From Alphaproteobacteria bacterium (GTDB lineage: Bacteria > Pseudomonadota > Alphaproteobacteria > JABAAW01): a DNA stretch of 62,790 nucleotides. The notes below the pieces were generated by a model that searched no databases, was not told the origin of the DNA, and saw only the letters and a program-made list of their open reading frames with translations. This document shows positions 59,678-62,790 of the stretch, piece after piece (position 1 is the stretch's first letter; every line of letters starts with the position of its first letter). Where the stretch lies: the NCBI GenBank assembly GCA_014237925.1, contig JABACB010000002.1, forward strand, positions 62,028 through 124,817, in the 5' to 3' direction. The position numbers were made by a program, and so were the translations under genes.

Positions 59678-60064
59678 TCACGATTTCGTGATGTCCGAGG
59701 TCGCAATTTCCGACTTCGTGATGTCCGACCTCGTGATTTCATAGAGGTTCGAAAACTGCTCGATCGAAAGAATCTTCGGACCCTCCCAATCCTCGACAGG
59801 ACTGTAAGGGTGGCGAAAGCGCACTTCGAAGCGTACATGCGTGATTCCTCCGTTGTCGTGAAAGCCCAAAATCCTTGCTGTCTCCACCGTCGAGTCCTTG
59901 CGCACCCGTCGAAAGCTGCTGCCGGCTCTCAGATAGTAAGGCTCCACAGGAGTCCGTGTCTTTTCGTCGGGCTGGAACAGAGTCTGTTTGCGATTCGAAG
60001 ACACTTTTTGTTCAAGCCAGTCCTTCAGCACGCGCGTGTGTTTCTTGAGAGGAAGCGGAGTCAT
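59678..60064 (-). CDS. Hypothetical protein (128 aa)
   Basis: Globular beta-rich core YLRAGSSFRRVRKDSTVETARILG..HVRFEV..EGPKILS; (SDITK)-type repeat tail. Confidence 0.65.
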   Translation of the reverse strand: MTPLPLKKHTRVLKDWLEQKVSSNRKQTLFQPDEKTRTPVEPYYLRAGSSFRRVRKDSTVETARILGFHDNGGITHVRFEVRFRHPYSPVEDWEGPKILSIEQFSNLYEITRSDITKSEIATSDITKS

Positions 60065-60270
60065 AGAATTGCCTTGGGAGTTGACTTGGAAGATGCCTTG
60101 GAGATGGTAGGCGGATGTCCGCCGAGCAGGAGGGATTCTTGCTTTGTCTCTATCAAAAAAAGTGCCAAGATGGGAAAACAGCGGACAAGCGGCAAGGCAA
60201 GTAGCAAGGCAAGCAGCAAGGCGAGCAGTAAGGCGAGCAAGCAGACAAGCGACCACAACAGGAGAGAACG

Positions 60271-60615
60271 ATGACCTTTGTCGTGACCGAAAAATGCATC
60301 AAGTGTAAGTATCAAGATTGCGTCGAGGTTTGTCCTGTCGATTGTTTCTACGAGGGAGCAACGATGCTGGTGATCCACCCTGACGAGTGCATCGATTGCG
60401 GCGTTTGCGAGCCGGAGTGTCCGATCGGGGCGATCCTTCCCGACACAGAAAAGGACGCGGAGGCGTGGCTGGGCGTCAATCGCGAGTACAGCGAAAAGTG
60501 GCCGAACATCACGCGCAAGGGCGAGGTGCCGAGCGACGCCAAAGAGTGGGAGGAGGTTGCCGACAAGTTCAAAAATCACTTCTCCGACAAGCCCGGAAAA
60601 GGCGACGAAGAGTGA
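60271..60615 (+). CDS. fdxA: 7Fe ferredoxin
   Basis: [18 protein letters not shown] and [12 protein letters not shown]; SD AGGAGAG. Confidence 0.97.
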   Translation: MTFVVTEKCIKCKYQDCVEVCPVDCFYEGATMLVIHPDECIDCGVCEPECPIGAILPDTEKDAEAWLGVNREYSEKWPNITRKGEVPSDAKEWEEVADKFKNHFSDKPGKGDEE

Positions 60616-61628
60616 GGCTTCTTCGGCGAGCGCAGAAGATCGAGCTTGCAGAAAAACGGACAAGCAGGGAAGGAAGCGGGGGAGGAAGCGGGGGAGGAAG
60701 CGGGAGTCTGCGCAGAAGCGCGGACAAGCTTACGCAGAGACTTGCGCCAAAACCAAAGGACGAGGTTGTAGGAAAGAACTATCGTTTTTACGCTCGATCC
60801 TGCGAGCGCATGCCTGAGTGCGCGGACGGCTCGATCGCCTTGACGATCACCTCGCCGCCGTACTGGAATGCGATCGACTACGACTTGCACGCCGCCCAAG
60901 ACGACTCTTCGCGCGAGGCTAATTCGGTCTGGTACCGAGAGCGCGCCTACAGCGGATTCGGCGATACGCTGGAGGCGTATCTCGACAAGATTGGCGTGGT
61001 GTTCACCGAGGTGTTGCGTGCCACCAAGGCGGGCGGGTTTTGTGCGATTGTCGCAGGCACGCTTCTTCACGAGCGCAAGCACATTCCGACGCCGATGTTA
61101 ATCACTGAACGCATGCTGCGCTTGGGTTGGGAGTTTCATCAAGACATCGTTTGGAACAAGGTGACGGGCGGGGTGACTCGCGCGGGCTGCTTCATCCAGC
61201 GTCCCAGGGCGGGCTATTACTATCCAAACATCATGTGCGAGTACATTTTGGTCTTTCGCAAAGAGGGGACGCATTGGCGAGACAAGAAAGACGCGCTTGC
61301 GATCGACGATGTGTTCAAGCGCGATATCGCAAACAACATTTGGCACATTGCGCCTGTTCCTCCTCGGACGATCGATCATCCTTGTCCCTACCCTGAAGAG
61401 CTGGTGCGTCGTCTGGTGTTGCTCTATTCGTGTGAGGGCGACGAGGTGTTGGATCCGTTCTTGGGTAGCGGACAGACGGCACTAGCAGCGAGGCGTTGCG
61501 GTCGGTTGTCTGTCGGTTACGACATCGAACCACACTACATTGCTTTGGCGGAGCGGCGAGTGCTGTCTCCTCCTGAGTGTCGCAAGTACCAGCTTCTGCC
61601 TTTTGTCGAGAGGGTTGCGAGCGGATAG
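60612..61628 (+). CDS. DNA methyltransferase, beta class (SPPY, probably m4C)
   Basis: TSPPYW (motif IV) precedes [10 protein letters not shown] (motif I); HPCPYPEEL. In-frame GTG overlaps the fdxA stop (GTGA). Confidence 0.9.
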   Translation: MRLLRRAQKIELAEKRTSREGSGGGSGGGSGSLRRSADKLTQRLAPKPKDEVVGKNYRFYARSCERMPECADGSIALTITSPPYWNAIDYDLHAAQDDSSREANSVWYRERAYSGFGDTLEAYLDKIGVVFTEVLRATKAGGFCAIVAGTLLHERKHIPTPMLITERMLRLGWEFHQDIVWNKVTGGVTRAGCFIQRPRAGYYYPNIMCEYILVFRKEGTHWRDKKDALAIDDVFKRDIANNIWHIAPVPPRTIDHPCPYPEELVRRLVLLYSCEGDEVLDPFLGSGQTALAARRCGRLSVGYDIEPHYIALAERRVLSPPECRKYQLLPFVERVASG

Positions 61629-61654
61629 GCAATGAGGGGAGGGAACGAATTTCT

Positions 61655-62790
61655 TCACAAAGCGAGGTTGATGTTGGCGTTTTCCAGCGAGCGTTGAGAA
61701 AAAAGATAGCGTCCGCCCGTCATGAAGCCGAGCGCTCGCCAGTCGAGGCGGTTCAGTTCTTCGCAAATCTCTGCCAAGTTGTGAATCTTCTTTTTGGGGA
61801 AAAGCGCCAAGACCGAGCCGTCGAACGCTTCTGCCGTTGAGATGAAGAAAGGTTTTGTGATGCGTGTCTTGCCGTTGACATAGATTCGCGCGCCCTCGCG
61901 TTCGGGGTATTTTCTGCCCCATTGCCACCAGTTGTTTTCGTCGAATGCTCGTATGCGTCTTTGTAGCAGGGTTTGTTTGTGCGGGAGGAGGGCTCGGCTG
62001 AGCTTGTTGTAGATCATGCGTTTGAGATCGCCTGTGGTTCGCGTTTGCGAGCAGACGAAGTCTTGGTTTCCGTGTGGCGATTCGTAGATGTGGTCTGCTC
62101 CGCTGACGGCGCCCACTTTCACTTCGAAGGCGTCTCCCAGTCTGTGAGCGAGGTGCGCTTTTTTGGGGGAGAAGGTGAGTTGTCCTTCGTGGCAGAGGAA
62201 GGTTCTGCCGTCCGCCATGCGGGGTGAGGTTTTTCCTTTTTGGAAGCGCCATACGGCGCAGTTGGGAGTTGCGTTGTGGAAGAGTTTTGTATCGCCGTAG
62301 TCTTGGAAGTGGGTGATGGTTCCTGTTTTGTGTAGGTATTCATTGAGGTTTTTGGCGCTGGTGGCTTTGGTGAAGTCTCTGGGAGTGATGAAGATGAGTT
62401 CTCCGTTGTCGTTGAGGTGGAGGGTCGCTTTGTAGATGAAGAAGAGGTAGAGGTTCGTTCGGTTGTCGAAAAAGGTTGGAGAGGGGGAGGGTAAGGGAGA
62501 GGATGTTTTTTGGAGGGATTTCAGGAAGGCGGTAATTTTTGTGTGTGTTGTGGGGAGGATATCTTGGAAGCGGACATAGGGTGGATTTCCGATGATGGTA
62601 TCGAACTTTTGGGAGAGGGGATAATCGAAGAAGTCTGTGTTGATATGGTTGATATGGCGTGTGTTGCTGGAGTGATTAAGGGACGGGTCGATTTCTAGGG
62701 CTGTGATGGGGATATTTTGTGCGAGGGGGGAATGGAGGAAGATATTTTTGCCGCTTGCGGGTTCTAGGATTTGTCCGTGGTTGTGTTTGA
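61655..62790 (-). CDS. Amino-DNA methyltransferase, gamma order (NPPY), 5' end beyond the window
   Basis: Hand translation is open from 62788: ILEPASGKNIF..ALEID..TDFFDY..FDTIIGNPPYVRFQDI..NLYLFFI..GELIFITPRDF, continuing into ORF 61655..62218. Confidence 0.88.
   Translation of the reverse strand, partial: KHNHGQILEPASGKNIFLHSPLAQNIPITALEIDPSLNHSSNTRHINHINTDFFDYPLSQKFDTIIGNPPYVRFQDILPTTHTKITAFLKSLQKTSSPLPSPSPTFFDNRTNLYLFFIYKATLHLNDNGELIFITPRDFTKATSAKNLNEYLHKTGTITHFQDYGDTKLFHNATPNCAVWRFQKGKTSPRMADGRTFLCHEGQLTFSPKKAHLAHRLGDAFEVKVGAVSGADHIYESPHGNQDFVCSQTRTTGDLKRMIYNKLSRALLPHKQTLLQRRIRAFDENNWWQWGRKYPEREGARIYVNGKTRITKPFFISTAEAFDGSVLALFPKKKIHNLAEICEELNRLDWRALGFMTGGRYLFSQRSLENANINLAL

Noticed and set aside
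60387-60611. fdxA-methyltransferase fusion suggested by ORF 60387..61628
   Set aside because: The upstream part is a shifted frame of fdxA; the GTGA overlap at 60612 explains it as two coupled genes.

Overview
This is a GC-rich (~60%) alphaproteobacterial chromosome segment, probably Rhodospirillales-like; that placement is inferred from gene order only (contiguous ccmABCDEFGHI; nrdJ next to NDUFA12-mlaD-mlaD-DUF2155). It is mostly housekeeping genes: the cox operon, class II RNR, hdaA operon, purine genes, hisZ, ccm operon, dapDE, uvrD, dnaQ, rph-rdgB-hemW, fabAB, xerC, fsa, priA, HU-lon-clpX-clpP-tig, fdxA, three tRNAs without encoded CCA, and two convergent DNA methyltransferases at the right edge. 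The gene content is ordinary; the DNA architecture is not. (1) Strand composition forms a sawtooth: at discrete intergenic sites (~8.55 kb, ~43.9 kb, ~48.3-49.3 kb, weaker at ~18.5 and ~21.35 kb, and apparently just past the right edge) the + strand flips from G/T-rich to C/A-rich and then decays over 1-2 kb. The flip occurs whatever the gene orientation and is carried largely by synonymous codons. (2) Next to xerC is a composite hairpin-rich repeat region: a ~105-bp direct repeat brackets a ~35% GC orphan gene and is followed by tandem GC-clamped hairpins. Degenerate fragments of these motifs recur at the two other strongest flip sites. (3) About 40 short tandem duplications, mostly with 11-15 bp units, inflate protein termini and spacers. 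The best candidate for an undescribed system is a dispersed structured repeat that marks sites of recurrent single-strand exposure, nicking or fork arrest. That mechanism is inference; all base counts are hand counts from single 60-nt lines.
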